Below, one piece after another: positions 1 to 13,900 of a stretch of DNA of 64,000 bases. A program made the position numbers and the translations under genes. The notes beneath the pieces are model-generated. The model made no database searches, had not been told where the DNA came from, and saw only the letters and a list, made by a program, of their open reading frames with translations. Every line of letters starts with the position of its first letter. The stretch's first letter is position 1. Source of the DNA: Botryllus schlosseri (lineage: Eukaryota); contig CM119373.1 in the NCBI GenBank assembly GCA_051294905.1, forward strand, positions 17,794,001-17,858,000, in the 5' to 3' direction.

Positions 1-99
1 CCGCAATCACCAACAAAAATATCGCTGCGAATACACCTGCCGCTACTGTCCAAGTGGAGATACTTGTTGACTCGTCGAGAATTTGGGTTGTATCGGTAT
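1..99 (-). CDS. R1 transmembrane exon (truncated by window)
   Basis: Acceptor atatttcag at 100-101; open frame ending in the hydrophobic run WTVAAGVFAAIFLLVIA. Confidence 0.75.
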
Positions 100-3000
100 C
101 TGAAATATGACATCGTTTCATGGTATCAAGCAGCGTGGTCTAAAACGCAGTGAAATCCCAGTTTGTTGTCTTTTGAAAATAAGATTACATCACAATCACA
201 ATGGCTCAATCAAAAATATAGAGGGAACACTTGATCTTCGTTGACACCCTGCTGATACGTCATATTCGTATATGTTACATTATCATGATAATGCGAATTG
301 CAGTTCTTCGAATATTTGACGATACAAGGTTGATCTTAATACTGCGTTAATTTCCTTTCTGACTGTCTTACCACCGTGATAAGTAGCTGAAATTCAATGA
401 ATATTTATGGAATATGTTAATATTAGGAAACAGTACCACTGCGTTCAACAAAAGTAAACATTACGATTCTGTTGAAAACGTTTTATTTTACATCTTCGTC
501 GCTAGGTGGTGTGTTTTCCCGCGGCGATTCATGCTGTTTTATTCATTTTACATTAAAAATGAATAGATGCGAAAATGTTGGAATGAATTCGGTATATTGA
601 AATGATTTTGACCGAAAAAGCTATAGGCTACTGTGAGTAGATTATATACGGCTCGTATAAGTTGGTCAATGATCAGGGCTGGGTTAGTAGAGCGCACACC
701 ATACCATTCCGACCGCCTTCTATGCGTTGATGGCATTAGTCACATAGTTCGATTTCGGTATGTTTACTCGAAGGTGGTAGATTACTCGGTGATAACTTAC
801 CCGTCTTACCGTGTCATCGGGCAATACCATTCTCACAGACATGATTCTATCATTCTATGCAACTTAGTGATCTCGTCAGTTCACTACGTTGCCCTGGACA
901 ACGAAAGAAAACACAGCTTCAGAGACGTGCCTATTAAGTTACCCTATAATGAGCCGCATTAGCGTCTAATGAAATATAATTCTTTATGTCTATCAATATG
1001 CCTGTGGGAATTGTATGCCGGAATGACTTGGTTTACACCTTGGTCGTGCAATCTCAATCTTTGTTCGGCTTAGCTGTACTGTATTGGATTACTACGCTTG
1101 TAAATCCATCCGTCAGCAAGCTATCTAAACGACCGGGCCAGATTTACATCTTCAATTCGCATGTCAATCGCGTTGAAAGTGAAGTCCATTCAGACTGATA
1201 CGGTGTTTGCCGATTAGGGCCGTGGGAACTTCCATTTCGTCCCGTGTTTGTTCCTCCTACTGTGCACGATACTCTGGCTATTCTTCGACTAATTGAATAT
1301 TGAAACCGCTGCTGAATCACTATATCTATTATACTTATTTAGTAGAATTTAACGGTACGCCCTCTGGCTTTACCTGGATCTATACAAACAGGTACTACTT
1401 TGACCGCTGCGACAAAATAACATATATGTTTCCGAGTTGCTATGACGGCTAGTTGGTGCCAGCGTACTACGTATTTATGAAATCAATCGATGTTCATTCG
1501 CACCGAACTTAGCTACAAGATACATCGCATCCGTTTCGCTAACATACTAACTATACAGTGCATATCATACTTGATTAGGCTCGACGTAACTAGGTTCGCC
1601 AATTTTATAGTTACAGCGTTGATACGTAATTTGGAATCAACCTCCGCCTTGCTAGGCGCAATTCGCATTATTGGCTCCCAAATATCCCTAGCTAGAGTGC
1701 AACGCCATTGAAATACAGCATATGGAACTTACCTTTTTCACATTCGCGTCTTCTGAATTCATCTAAAATAGGAACACAACATACAGACATGATATTTCAA
1801 CGCCTCGGCGCGTTGTGAAACTACGTACTCTTCACCATTATTGATTTTCGAGCTTTCAACGGTCGCTGAGTTCTGTGTCGCAGTATCGGGACTGATTCCA
1901 GTGTTATCATATACCTTCCATTCTCGTTTATCTTTGGCCCGGATTCTTCCTTTGATCCGTTGTAATAGTAAACGAATTTTACCTGTCGATTGTATCGAGA
2001 TTTTAGCATGACAACAATTTCAAGCACTGAAGTCGACATCGTTGGACGAATTACTAATATGTGGAACGTGGGGTTGCAGCGTTGACATCACATTTCTATA
2101 TAATGGGGTTACTGAGAAATATATCGAATTTCGTTGCGAATATATCTCTAATTACTCCGGCATTGCTGCATCGATCAGTACAGCCAGAATTGCTTTACCG
2201 TGATTATTATTTTTACGGCTTGTCCTTCGTTTTGACTGATTTAACGTTATCACTTCTCATCATAGGTCATAATAATAGAATAAATACTCGTGCGCTAAGA
2301 ACCAGAATACACGTTTATTGGATGTCGGTGAAACCATGATCTGGGCTGGGCGAAAATGATGACGATGTTTTGGCGGAGAAAACTACACAATTGCGCAGTA
2401 AAGCTATTGCAATTCACCGTAAGCACCAGAAGTGCGTTATGGAAATTGAGATTTTCGACTCTCCTTAGGTTTCCAGCCATGTCTATGGCAACCCTGGTTA
2501 TAGTGTTAACAATGTCCCAATGATTATTAAGTATGATCAATCGTGCAATGATCTTATTCGGCATGTTTGCTCTGGTACCGTGGCCTAAAAAGCTGTGTCG
2601 GATAGTTTCAAAGAATTTTCAATTTATTCTGCTAAATTATTCTGTCGCTCCTCTCCGACACATATCGCTAGTCTTAGCTGATTTGCCAATTATTCGGTAC
2701 AGTATACGATTCGGCACGATTCACTGGACGTCGTAACTGGAAACCCTTTCGTCGCCGCATGCATACGGCGTGAAATCAAAGTTCTGCTTTTACGATATGG
2801 CACACATGACAGTAATTTCGTGCTATTATTTGAACTACTTCAAAATCGAGTCATGCTTCGAGTACTTTTACATATGTATTATTTTGCAATTATGTAGGCC
2901 TACCTATACCAAACGTATCGAGTGATGTATTAGATCTGTGCTTGCCAACAGTTGGGTCGCGATTCGCGAAGCTATTTCAGACGGGTCGCGTGTCATTTTC

Positions 3001-6000
3001 TAAAAGTTACAGTTTTCTATTCAATTTGTCAGATATGCCAAACACCGTTTCTTCTCAGGATAAGACGGGCAAAAACCCGTTCTCCTCTAAAGAAATTGCG
3101 CCTCTGAGTGTCGTAAGCCACGTTCCGGTGCTCACAATAATTCATGTCAGCTTTTTGTTACAGTCATTTTGATCGAAGCGCGAAGTTGGGCAGTATGTTG
3201 TTTCTATGCCTTGAAATATGAATTCATTCCTTTCTTCGAAGGCATTGCGAACGTTGATTGGCAAATGCAATCCAGCCCGTTTACAATCAACCAGCAATAG
3301 CCGGGACGCAATGCTGTACTCGTAACTCCATTGTGTTTGACGTAAAAGGCGAATTACTGCTCGAATACGCGCTTTCTCGTTTGCAATCATCTATCGCGTG
3401 AATTCTTGTCTGCTTGATACATTCGTTTTCTCGCAATTTGGCTTGTTGGCGACGATTTGAACGCATTGTGCGTCGAATTACGTTTTCATTCGTTTGGACA
3501 TATCTCATGGTGGGTCTTGCAATGAAACGTGCATTAAAAGCCGGTTGCGAACTGGAAAAGGTTGGGAAGCACCGGAACCTGCGATATCGAGGGCCCCGGA
3601 TTTAATTTAGTCTATACTTGCGGCGCAAGTTACTGTAACGGTGGTAGTGACTATTTCTCGCAAGGATTTCTAGCTGTGCTGAATAATCTATACTAAACGT
3701 ACTTTTGGGATTGCAATTTTGTCATTGGTAAGTATCGGCTATATAGCTGATATAGTTTAAATGCGCTGTCGCACCTGTGGTACCAATTCAGTGTTGTCAT
3801 ATTGTATAGCTACTTTTACGCGTAGGCGATGATACCCGGCGTTACCTCGCAAATTGAGTAATATCATCTATCATGTACGATTTTACTTATTCATCAGTCA
3901 CTCACATGTAACTAAAGCAATAGTCTGCCTATCATGAATTACTCAATTCCTAACGAAAGTTGAATAATTACTATACGTGGTTGGGTTATTTGTATACTAT
4001 TGCGCGAGCTATGCCGATACACAAATTATGTCCACGTCCTATTACTAGATTCTTACCGAACATAGACTTTTTCTTCCATACTTTTAACTTTTGCGTATGT
4101 AGTAGTAGCACTGTCATGTGAAAGTCATTGCACTTAACTTTCATTAACATTGTGCATTCGCACAAAGCGATTGTACCATTGGGTTCCACGACATATTTAG
4201 CGGTTGTCCAACATTTGAGCATGCGGCATATTGAAAAACGACAAATGCACAATGATCATGTGACAAGTTAGCATGCATCACTTGAAGATGTGACTTGCTA
4301 ACTCCCATATTAATCCTAAAACCTTTGCCATAACACCACCCCTGACCCAAACCGAAGACCAAATCCAACCCAAGCCCGAACTTTAACGCACCTGCATATT
4401 GCTTAGGTTTCACATGCAGCAATGCAGCATGTTTGTATGTCATGGCCTCATCAGCGCGATTACCGTGGTTGAATATCTATCTACTTTTACGGCGCTAGGC
4501 TACATATTAGTTCACTGTCATATACTAAATAACTGGTACTCACTTCCCGGTTGGTGTATGCAGTTTGGTTTGGAGTAATGAGAAGGAATGCTTCCGTTGT
4601 ACTACTCATTTCGGACACATCTCGTATTATGGCGTGAAATCCTGTCACATCTCGCGCACCCAAATACTGACCTGAACGCAATTCATGAATGTTTCACCGC
4701 CAAATGTTAGTTTAGTTACTTCTTTACCTTTAATTTTCCAGCTTAATTCGATTCCCAAGTGCATCTCGTCTTTGTTAGCGGATTGATGGCATTTTACTGT
4801 CACTGAAAAATTGGTCGGCTGCGGTTTTGGATGTCCTACGCGACTTGGTGGTGCATGATCTGATTGAAAATTTAGGCGTAAGCCACTTTGCTCAAGTTGT
4901 AAGTTTAGGATGTATCCAAACCAAATCGGCAAAATTTCAGTCTGTAGTGTACATTGTGAGGTCACCTAACATACGAGATGTATGGATTTTGATACCAAGT
5001 GTGGGGATCTCCGAAAAACCGTAATCCTGGTCCAAACCAGAACCCCTTGGCCAGAAATCAATATTTGTAAAAATGGTTCAAGTTGGTACCTTAATGAATC
5101 ATGGCCAAGATCGTTCGATATTCGACTTGTTTGTTCGTGTGAATCATGTATATTTTGCCATCGTGTATACTATGTGTGTTGTATTGCCAAAAGGCCGAGG
5201 ATATTAATTAAATGTGATTTGAAATCTCATGCGCAAACAAGTAAAATTATGTTTACTATCATGACTTGAAAATTGATTTTCTAAGGCGAGCGTATATATC
5301 CGGTGGTGTCCTCAGATAACCTGCCGGATTTCTAACCGTTTACTAGAACCGAAAGCAATTACTCTGAGGGTCTCTATCAACCAAACAAGATTGAAAGATC
5401 TTTCTACTTTTCTTTGAAACTAGGCATAGTGGCAAGTCTGGATTGGTGAACATTGTCCCAAACGTGGATTTATACGCTCTGTTAAGACACTTGCATTTTT
5501 TAATCCCGCCAAACAGTCATTGGCCACTTAAGCGTCTATATTGGCGCGGTTGTGGAAGCTCGGAATATCCTGCCTAGTGCCCACGCAATTCTAAACACAC
5601 TCATTTGCTGCAAGTTACTTGGTACAATCCAAATGAACGCAGCAATTCGAGAAACATTGAGAACAACGTTCATCGCACACAAGCGAGAACCCAGGGCTTC
5701 GGATTTGATCGGATCCGAAGCACTAGGTCACTTCGAATAATGATTAGTTCGTACAACACCTAAATAGCGCAAGTGTTCTGCCAAATACGTCATCCAATCT
5801 GGTGTTTTGGTTACAGTGATTGCATTATAACCTACTGCATAGATATTGGAAGTACAGTACATGCTTCATACTGGGAATAGTCTTACCATAAGTAACTTTG
5901 CATGCGAGTTTGTCCTCATGAGGCCGATCAATTTCACCACCAGCCTGCTGACTGCAGCTTGATTGCGCTTGAGGTAATAAGTTGACGAGGGCCAGAACTA

Positions 6001-6028
6001 ACCACGCAGTGCTAAATGCGGTCCTCAT
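1..6028 (-). CDS. IL-17 receptor-like gene R1 (3' part beyond left edge)
   Basis: Exons with GT-AG ends and matching phases: 5887-6028 (signal peptide MRTAFSTAWLVLALVNLLPQAQS-SCSQQ...ACKVTY, donor GTAAGA), 2701-2736 (TTSSESCRIVY), 2313-2584 (...ALLVLTVNCNSFTAQLC...), 1829-1982 (VKFVYYYNG...YMITLESVP...IMVK), 1733-1762 (EFRRRECEK), 1374-1406 (VKVVPVCIDP), possibly 372-386, and TM exon <1-99 (TDTTQILDESTSISTWTVAAGVFAAIFLLVIA). The exon series parallels R2/R3. Exons between 100 and 1370 are unresolved. Confidence 0.75.
5887..6028 (-). CDS. R1 first coding exon (signal peptide, CSQ motif)
   Basis: ATG at 6028; hydrophobic leader; SCSQQ...ACKV resembles IL17RA CSQPGLNCTV; phase-1 donor G|GTAAGA at 5886. 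Confidence 0.75.
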
Positions 6029-7994
6029 TGGTGTGCTTCAGATAACGCTAATCACAAAGACAACTACAGATCTGCTGGAGCCTTTCTGAAATATATAAGT
6101 CCGTAGCCATGTTTGAAGTTTACGTTATCTCCGTATCGCGCACTGGTATCGAATTAAACGGTGTTGGGTGCGTAGCTTCTGAATATGTGTCAGGTCTCTT
6201 CTCGTCGGCCTTTTCAACTAAGTAACTTAATATCCACTCCTTTGTTTAACGTAACCCGGTCTTTTGTTATGGCGGGTAAATCTACTCAGGGCTGTACTAG
6301 AACCGTTCCGTCTGTCACTGACTGTCACAAGCCATTTTAGTCAATGCTGGTGACTGCGGGTCGTTTTCACTGTTATAGCCATTTTTGAAACGTTAAATTT
6401 GGCGAGAGCCGCATGGGCGAGGTGCAGGTACTTCCGAAATAAAGCACCCTAAGAACGGCGCTTGAAAGGTAGTGCAAAGCCGCCTACTGGGTGATATCAT
6501 TTAACAAGGTCTGCGATTTCATTGTGATAACTTCAAGCCATCGGTGTTCGCATGTTTCAATGCGTACTTCGATTATAAGAAATTGAATGTACAATAAGAT
6601 TTCCACTTATCCCTTTCCCGTGTTTATCAAGGCGAAGTGTCATTGCGGAAGATGCGTTTTAGTCCGCTAGAGCAATTATAAATCATCGCAGTAACCGCCT
6701 GACGTCCTGCCAAACGTGGGGAAAATAGAATATACACATTTGCTCTTGCCTTCAAAACTCTCCTGATGCAAGTGACCACACTACCGTCAAACTCTCAACT
6801 CGGCTGACTTGCATTCGTTAGTCACAATGTAAATATAATATTAGATATATATTTATATTTCGGAAACGCATGGTCTGCTCGAATCTTTTTCACGTGTAAA
6901 TAAAAGAATCCGTGGGCCCCGCGATATGCGGAAAGTGACTGCAAGAATTTACATTTTACTTTTGCGGAGTTGATGTGGTGGCAAATATCCGCAAACCCAT
7001 TCAACACACGTACTGGCATACCCGCACAGCGTGCCGCGCTTGAACTTGTCTTCGCGTGTTGATTGCTTTGCATTTTCACACGGTACAGTTGAAACGCGTG
7101 CGATAGGTTCACGCTAAGTGCACTCAGGTTATAGAGGTGATTTGTAGTAGCGTAAGCACGCCTCAGATTTTGGCCCGTAAGTATTTTCTCGTGACGATGC
7201 TTACCGCAACAAACACTAAGTTAAAAAGCGAGTGCTTCTTTAGATTTATTTTTTATTCGGTGCGACAAAACAATTCTGTGCTCATTGAACCCAAGCTCTG
7301 CTCGGGTATACTATGGATTCTCAAACATTGCCCAGTAGCGAGTCAGGCGTTGACCTTTTTGGCTACTTGTTGACCAATGACCAAGTAACCAAAATATGTT
7401 TTCTGGCAATTAATCCGATGGACACCCAGAGTTGATCAAAAGCAGCGACTCAGCGACATACTGAAGTACAAGTATAAGTAACACACCGTTAGTTTCTACT
7501 CAATTACAAATAAGAGGTAGCCATTTCCGATAGATGCCAAAACAAGAGAATGAAGGTCCGCAAACCTGTGTCTATGACTAGAGTCACCTTTTTCGTATGA
7601 CTTGACTTGACTCGAGTCACTTTGCTAAAATGACTTTACTTTTCACGGCGTGTCAGAAATGTGGATTGACTCGTGACTCGGAGCAAAATTCACGAGTCAA
7701 TTTCAATTCATCAAGTAATCGGTGTCGATAAAAATCACTGTATCTTGCATATGTTTGGATTGTTCGCGAAACGCTGGTGCTAGCTTTCTAGCATACGCGG
7801 TTATCAAGATATAGCACAATTAGCTATTTTCGGTTCGTTCGGTGAAATTGCACGGACACTAGAGGGTGGAGGTACCTGAATTGATGATAGAAGTAATTCA
7901 TTCAAGATTTGGGACCAAATATCAAAAGCACTTTTTGAAAGTCAAATTTTTCTTTTTTTCATTCCGTCCTACTGGTCCATGTGACGCTCTAATA

Positions 7995-9462
7995 CAGTGG
8001 TTCCCAACCTTTGTGTCTTCATTCCCCACTTCAGATTTATTCCGAGCCTTCATTCCCCACCAAGACCGTAACGGCACTACGTCAGCCCCCCCAATAAAAC
8101 GTTGGTCTTGGGCCCCCCACAGCGTGATGAACCAAACAAAGCCCCCCAGAACCCCCTCATCCCGCCTGAGCCTGTACGCTTTCCCCCGTTACTTATCAGC
8201 TACATTGGGTTCGCTGTTTAGTGCGTCGCCTTATGAGGACTAAACGCGCCAAGCGCGATTTTAAAAAAAAAATCATGTTTGAATCGGTACATATGATCGG
8301 GAATTTCGTATATCTTGCTATCAATCTTTTATCCCCTCTCTGCCCACGTAATCAGATTTACCAGTAGAGCTGAGTAAGGTGTGTTGCAAAAGGTAAGACC
8401 CCTGAATAAGTAATAAACATCTTCGGGTGGACCCGTTGGTATATTGACTTCGTTACATTATGCTATTTCGTGACCTCCTATATCTGCTATGTCAAAAGAT
8501 ATGGAAAACGCCAAAACTAAAAGGCACACACGATTTCAAATTAGTATTGCTTTACTGGCAAATAATTTTTTCCCTGCAGGATGGCATTTGTCCTGTGGGG
8601 TTCAGATCGCCAGAACAGGAACATTCGGCGCCAGCCATTTAGCCGCTAATGGACATATGTATATTGTATATATATCGAAGGTTTCGGTCAGCACAAGGGC
8701 ATTCCTTCTCGGCCAAGCTCTTCTCGCTGCTGATCGTTTTGGCACACTTCTCGGAGTCGCATGTTACATGGCCTATAACTTCATATGTCTTGGTGCGTCG
8801 AGGCGCAGTAATGGCCGGCGCCGAAGTCTCCATTGCCATAAAATCTACGTATTTTTGTGGGGGAAGGGTACCCAATAATCAGTATATTCGGCAATATTAA
8901 ATCGCGCACGCAGCGCGAAATATTTTGGAAAAAGTGGCATATATTTCCAAAAAATACTCTATAATGTATGTTAATTCTTGAAATAATTTTAGGCCCCTTC
9001 AAGCTCGCCCCATCCCCAATTGGGGGGTTTGGGGTGCGGAAGTTACGGTCCTGTTCCACATTACCCAACACTTTTTTCTTCACAGATCAGCTCTTTGCTG
9101 GTTTGACTACACAAGACACCCAACCACACCAGTACGCAAGACAATCGCCTATAACTGCAACATAAAACGTATTGTGAACCGATACCAGTAACAGTCAAAA
9201 TTTCGCGGAGGCGTTATTTCACGTCAAACTATCCGAGCTGGATGCGTTTGTGACGCCATCATTGGCCATCCAGAGTTAAAAATGAGGTTTTGTGAACGAC
9301 ACGCAATATAATTTTCGATACATACATTCCAGAGCAGTTAACCGGTAACGGGAATTGCGCATGTGTCTCCGTGAATATGTAGACTGTCCTGTATATAATT
9401 ATGAACAAATGCGTCTATTTCCCACCAAAAACCATTGAATTCCCCACCAGTGGGAACCACTG
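7995..9462. mobile_element. hAT (Charlie/Buster-type) non-autonomous element with nested insertions
   Basis: Termini CAGTGGTTCCCA...TGGGAACCACTG; 8-bp TSD ctctaata/ctgtaata; small palindromic insert at about 8618-8831. Confidence 0.75.
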
Positions 9463-10344
9463 CTGTAATAGCTATTATATTCCTAAATATATTCAGTTAT
9501 GAATTATGAGGTCATTTACAATCACAAGGGTCATTTCACGCAGTTCGTATCACATGCACTAGGCACTCCAGTGAATGTGATTTAAACGTAGGCCTTCCAC
9601 AAAACTGCTTTTATACTTTACGGAACCCCAGGTGTAATAGTGAGTAGTTTTGAGAAAGGTCTGTTCAAGTAGAAGTGGAAGTAATCTAAAAACGTAACAA
9701 CTTACAGAAGTATTGCAAATAGACAAACCCTATATGTGTACTCAATCAAGAAGAAGTCTTGGTGCTGGCTGTCAGTAATAAATACATGTGGATTGAGGAC
9801 ACACCTCGTTAAACGCTTCGACTCGAGATCAATCAGACAACTACAGCTCATATATTTTCATCGCACTGACAGTGTATTCGCGATAGCGTTAAAATGAGAT
9901 TTCATGAACACTTGTATGGACAATGGAAAACACTGATGATATAAAATATAAAATTGAAAAGTAACAAGAAAAATGAATACCTCCAGCACATGTAATCGAG
10001 AATATAACACAACGCATAACGTCACTTGGGAGTATAGCGCTGCACAGCCTCATATTGATTTAATATTTGAAGAATTGACGCTTATACCAGGATAGACGCG
10101 GTAATCTACGTAAGTAGAAAGGGTGGCGTAACGTGAGGAAGAAACACTATTAATGGTTCCGTGCAAAACTTTTAAATATATAAATATTTATGTTGAGCCA
10201 TGTCTGACGCCGCCAGTTTTTATGGTTTCTGTCAAAGTACCTACGAATAATAATATGACTGACTGGACTTGGTATTTTTCAGCAATCACCAAATATCTGT
10301 GGTAGATATAGACGAAAAGTGTAATGACCATAGTATACATCTAT

Positions 10345-10940
10345 TCATTTTTTCGAACAGTTCTGGCTCTCATCGCCTGCTAAGCTTAGCAGAAGACGGA
10401 CTGTCTTCGTGGCCTTGTGCATTTTCGGTCTTGTGCGTTCGTTAGCTTCGTTAGCGAGACTAACCATCTCGTCCGTGCTGAACGGGCATTTTCTCGGCCC
10501 TTCCGAAAACAAGTTATCGTAGAACTTCCGCAGTTCCTCCGGCAGTTTGAACTTGCACAAATTATCCCGATTGCCGAAGTCTGGCCACGAGTCTTGCTTC
10601 TTGAGATGAAACGACACCAACGCGATTTTCTTCCCAGATGTTTCCTCGTTACGAGTGCTTCCTATCAGACTATTTATCCATTCGTTGAAATACAGATTAA
10701 TGCAGCTTTCGTTGCTTGTCTGTGGGCTCACTAAAGCAACAATGATATCTGATTGGGCGGTTGCGTTTCGTATCCAGGTCATTGGATCTGCGATGAGTCT
10801 GACTGTCTCCCAACGGTTGTACGTGATATCCGCCAGATCGTGCTTTCTGATTTCGTAAACTAGACTTTGGAAGGCGTACGAACAGGGATTGTCCAGCTCT
10901 TCGTTGATTTTCTCTAAGAAGAGGATACGCTTTCTTCTCC
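10345..10940 (-). CDS. R2 terminal SEFIR-domain exon
   Basis: Acceptor ctgttttag at 10941-10942; RRKRILFLEK...AFQSLVYEIRKHDLADITYNRWETVRLIADPMTWIRNATAQSDIIVALVS follows the SEFIR betaA-alphaA-betaB-W...W-betaC pattern; stop at 10345. Confidence 0.88.
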
Positions 10941-13900
10941 CTAAAACAGGATGGGGATTTGTTCCGTTAAGTTGCGTATAAATTCAACTCTTCTGTAGTA
11001 TCGTAGTCCGAGATGTAGTATCGCAGTATCGTGAATTTGTATTCTGAATCTAGTTGTGACCTTTGTGTGAATTTGATTCATATTCCGGCTATGCTATGGA
11101 CAATGGACATTGAAAATGGACATGGAAGTGAAATCCGGAACATTGATCAATAAATCTAATGCAATCCTACTTGTAGGATACTTGGTAATCATTAACATTT
11201 ACTTTGAGCGAAGGCGTTAGAAACATTTATTGATGATGATCACCGATTTTAAATGATGATCGCCGATTTTATACAAGTGAGTAGTTTTAGTTGTAGCTCT
11301 AGTTGCGCATTTAAATACAAATTAGTTCTAGATGACTAGAAAACACGTAGCGTCGATAGGCGTGAGTTGAGTTGTGATTACTATGCTCTATTCTGATGTT
11401 TTTCCAACCATTTCTCAGAAAATTCACATCTAACAGTGGAGTAGCCAGGGGTGTGTTTTGAGGGTCGAAAAGCCTCCAATTTCAAAATTGAACTCCCCTT
11501 CCCATTTAAATGCCGATTATGTATCCAATCTTTCTCCTATCATTTGCAAACAATAAATTTATATTATCAGTTATTAGTTGTATTTTAACTCGTTGGTTGC
11601 GGGTTGTTATCTCAGATGAGAGATAATAAGCATTCGTTTCTTATAGTTAACAACGATCAGCGGATGAATACACTGAGCATGGAAATGACAATGTAGGTCT
11701 ACTCAAGTGTGACCTTGTGAAATCTTGAATCAGTAACTGCCTGACTATCTCTATTTTGTAACCGGCATCGACCGTGACGAATTATCACCTAGTACGTAAT
11801 TCCTGGAAGTACCATGAGATTGCGGTTTTATTCAACGTCATATCATATCGTTTGCATATCATTTATGATGGCTTGCTCCTTGCGATAAGCCGCGATATGA
11901 CAGACGTAGTCACTGCTGACGGATTTTCTATTAAGTAAACCGATTTTATCTATAATCACTCACCGATATTTGCATTCAGTCCCCAGGTGATCCATCCTAT
12001 GAACGCTATGGAGAACGCAATGCCTCCCAAAGTGATGCTAAATGTGGTTAATCCGATACCTAAAAGAGGGATAGGATCTTGTTTGTTGTTTTAAATCGAG
12101 GTCCGTGTGTCGTAGATGGAGTCAAACGTTTCATATAATCATTGCCGGCCTAAATTCCAACGATAAGTGTGTTGTAGTGCAAATTCCTGTATTCCTAAAT
12201 CCTTTCTACGAGATTGTAACAGATTAATCGACGAAGCATTGATGAAAGCTAGCGGTTACGCGATACCCATGTTGCCGTATTTTGATAATAGTAATCTTCC
12301 GTAAAATCTCTGCTTAGTCAGCTATTCCTGTGCTACGCAATGTAAAGTGCTAGCTGCACCTAGTGGTGACATTTAATTTGACGAGAGAGAAAACTAAAAT
12401 GGCGAAGTTCTCGTGGGCTTTTCGTTGCATTCGAGAACACGTCCGCGTATCCATATCATTGGTTTCGATCTATACTTGGTTGAAAATTATGTCACACTGA
12501 AATATGAATACGTTTTAATAGTGCTGTTGCTATTGGTACGAAATGGTTGATTGAGCAACTAGCTGTTGCAAGTACGGGAAAGTAAATCTGCTAACCTCAT
12601 TTCAGATTGATTGTATTTTATGTTTAATTTAGGCAGATGCTGGGGAATGAATGATAGAATGCTCAAGGCGGTATTTTTAAAATTTATTATCCTTTGTACG
12701 TAGTGCGCTGTCAAATCGTCATACTTCGAAATGAAGACGTAATAGTGTTTTCATTACCGATTTCTCGTCGAAGATATTTACGAACGGGTAGTGAATATAT
12801 CTGTGATTTGCATATTCCATATCGCACGCTAGAAATGTACCTCGTACGGGGAATGTTAATGCCATGCCGATACTTTATCTGTGTCCTAAAATAAGACCGA
12901 GTGCTATAAATACGCTTATCGGTCCATGTATCGACTTTATGTAATTGAATGGGGGTATCGTCCGGTAATTATGTCACAGACCTCGTCTAAGTCTCTTTAC
13001 CTGTGCTGGAAGGTGATGAAGATATGGTGTTGTTATCTGTAAACAAAAACATTCCTTTAAGCCTTAAAATGTATTCTCTATAATTTCTCTGTTAGCATGG
13101 TATATTGTCCACAGAGTTATAGTTATTTTAGCATGCTGAATGGTTTGTGTGTGATATGATTCGAACGGGAAATGCCTTTGTTATCAACAACTCTTACGTT
13201 ATCATGATCGGGATAAGTGCGCGACAATTTGAATTTTGTAATAACAACTAAATGTATGTGCTGTTAACTTGCTTTAGGAACTAAACCTATACGTACCAAG
13301 TATACCACTCGGTATTAATGATATAAAGAGGTCAACCAGTCGAGATACTAGAATTGTAAATTGTATATTCTTGTATCGTTGTATCAAATAAATAGCAGTG
13401 ATGTTATTATGCTACGATGGTGATTGTATGACCTCTTCAATTTTACGCATTTACGCATGCTATTTACAATGCATCTATGACACCAATGATGGTTCACCGT
13501 TCATTGTACGCACATGCGTCATGATTCATGAAAATTGGGTGCCGGACGATACTTATCGCGAGTTCGAGTCGTCCGCAAAACCTGGATTTGCAATGTATTC
13601 TTTTTTTTTGCGAAAAACATGTCAACAGTAGTTTCGGCTCGACTCACCAGTCGCTGTTATCGTAGATGCCACCGTCGTCCGTAGTTCTTGCTGTTGCTGC
13701 TCAGGCCGTGCGTGTCTGCCTTGAGAAATGAAATTGTTAGGTAAATGCGTTACCAACGGCACAGTTTATATGATCAACAGGTATAACATAACTCGCTGCT
13801 CTATATAGATGACACAAATCTGTGTGTAATCCATCTGACACGGAGAGGCTGAAGTCATTTCTCATCTCTTGGAGTATTTCTTTATTTTTTTCGAAGGAAA

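Noticed and set aside
3986-4443. Overlapping minus-strand ORFs with Gly/Leu-rich stretch
   Set aside because: The pattern comes from a ccaaacc/cctaacc-like low-complexity repeat, with no consistent splice path into R1.
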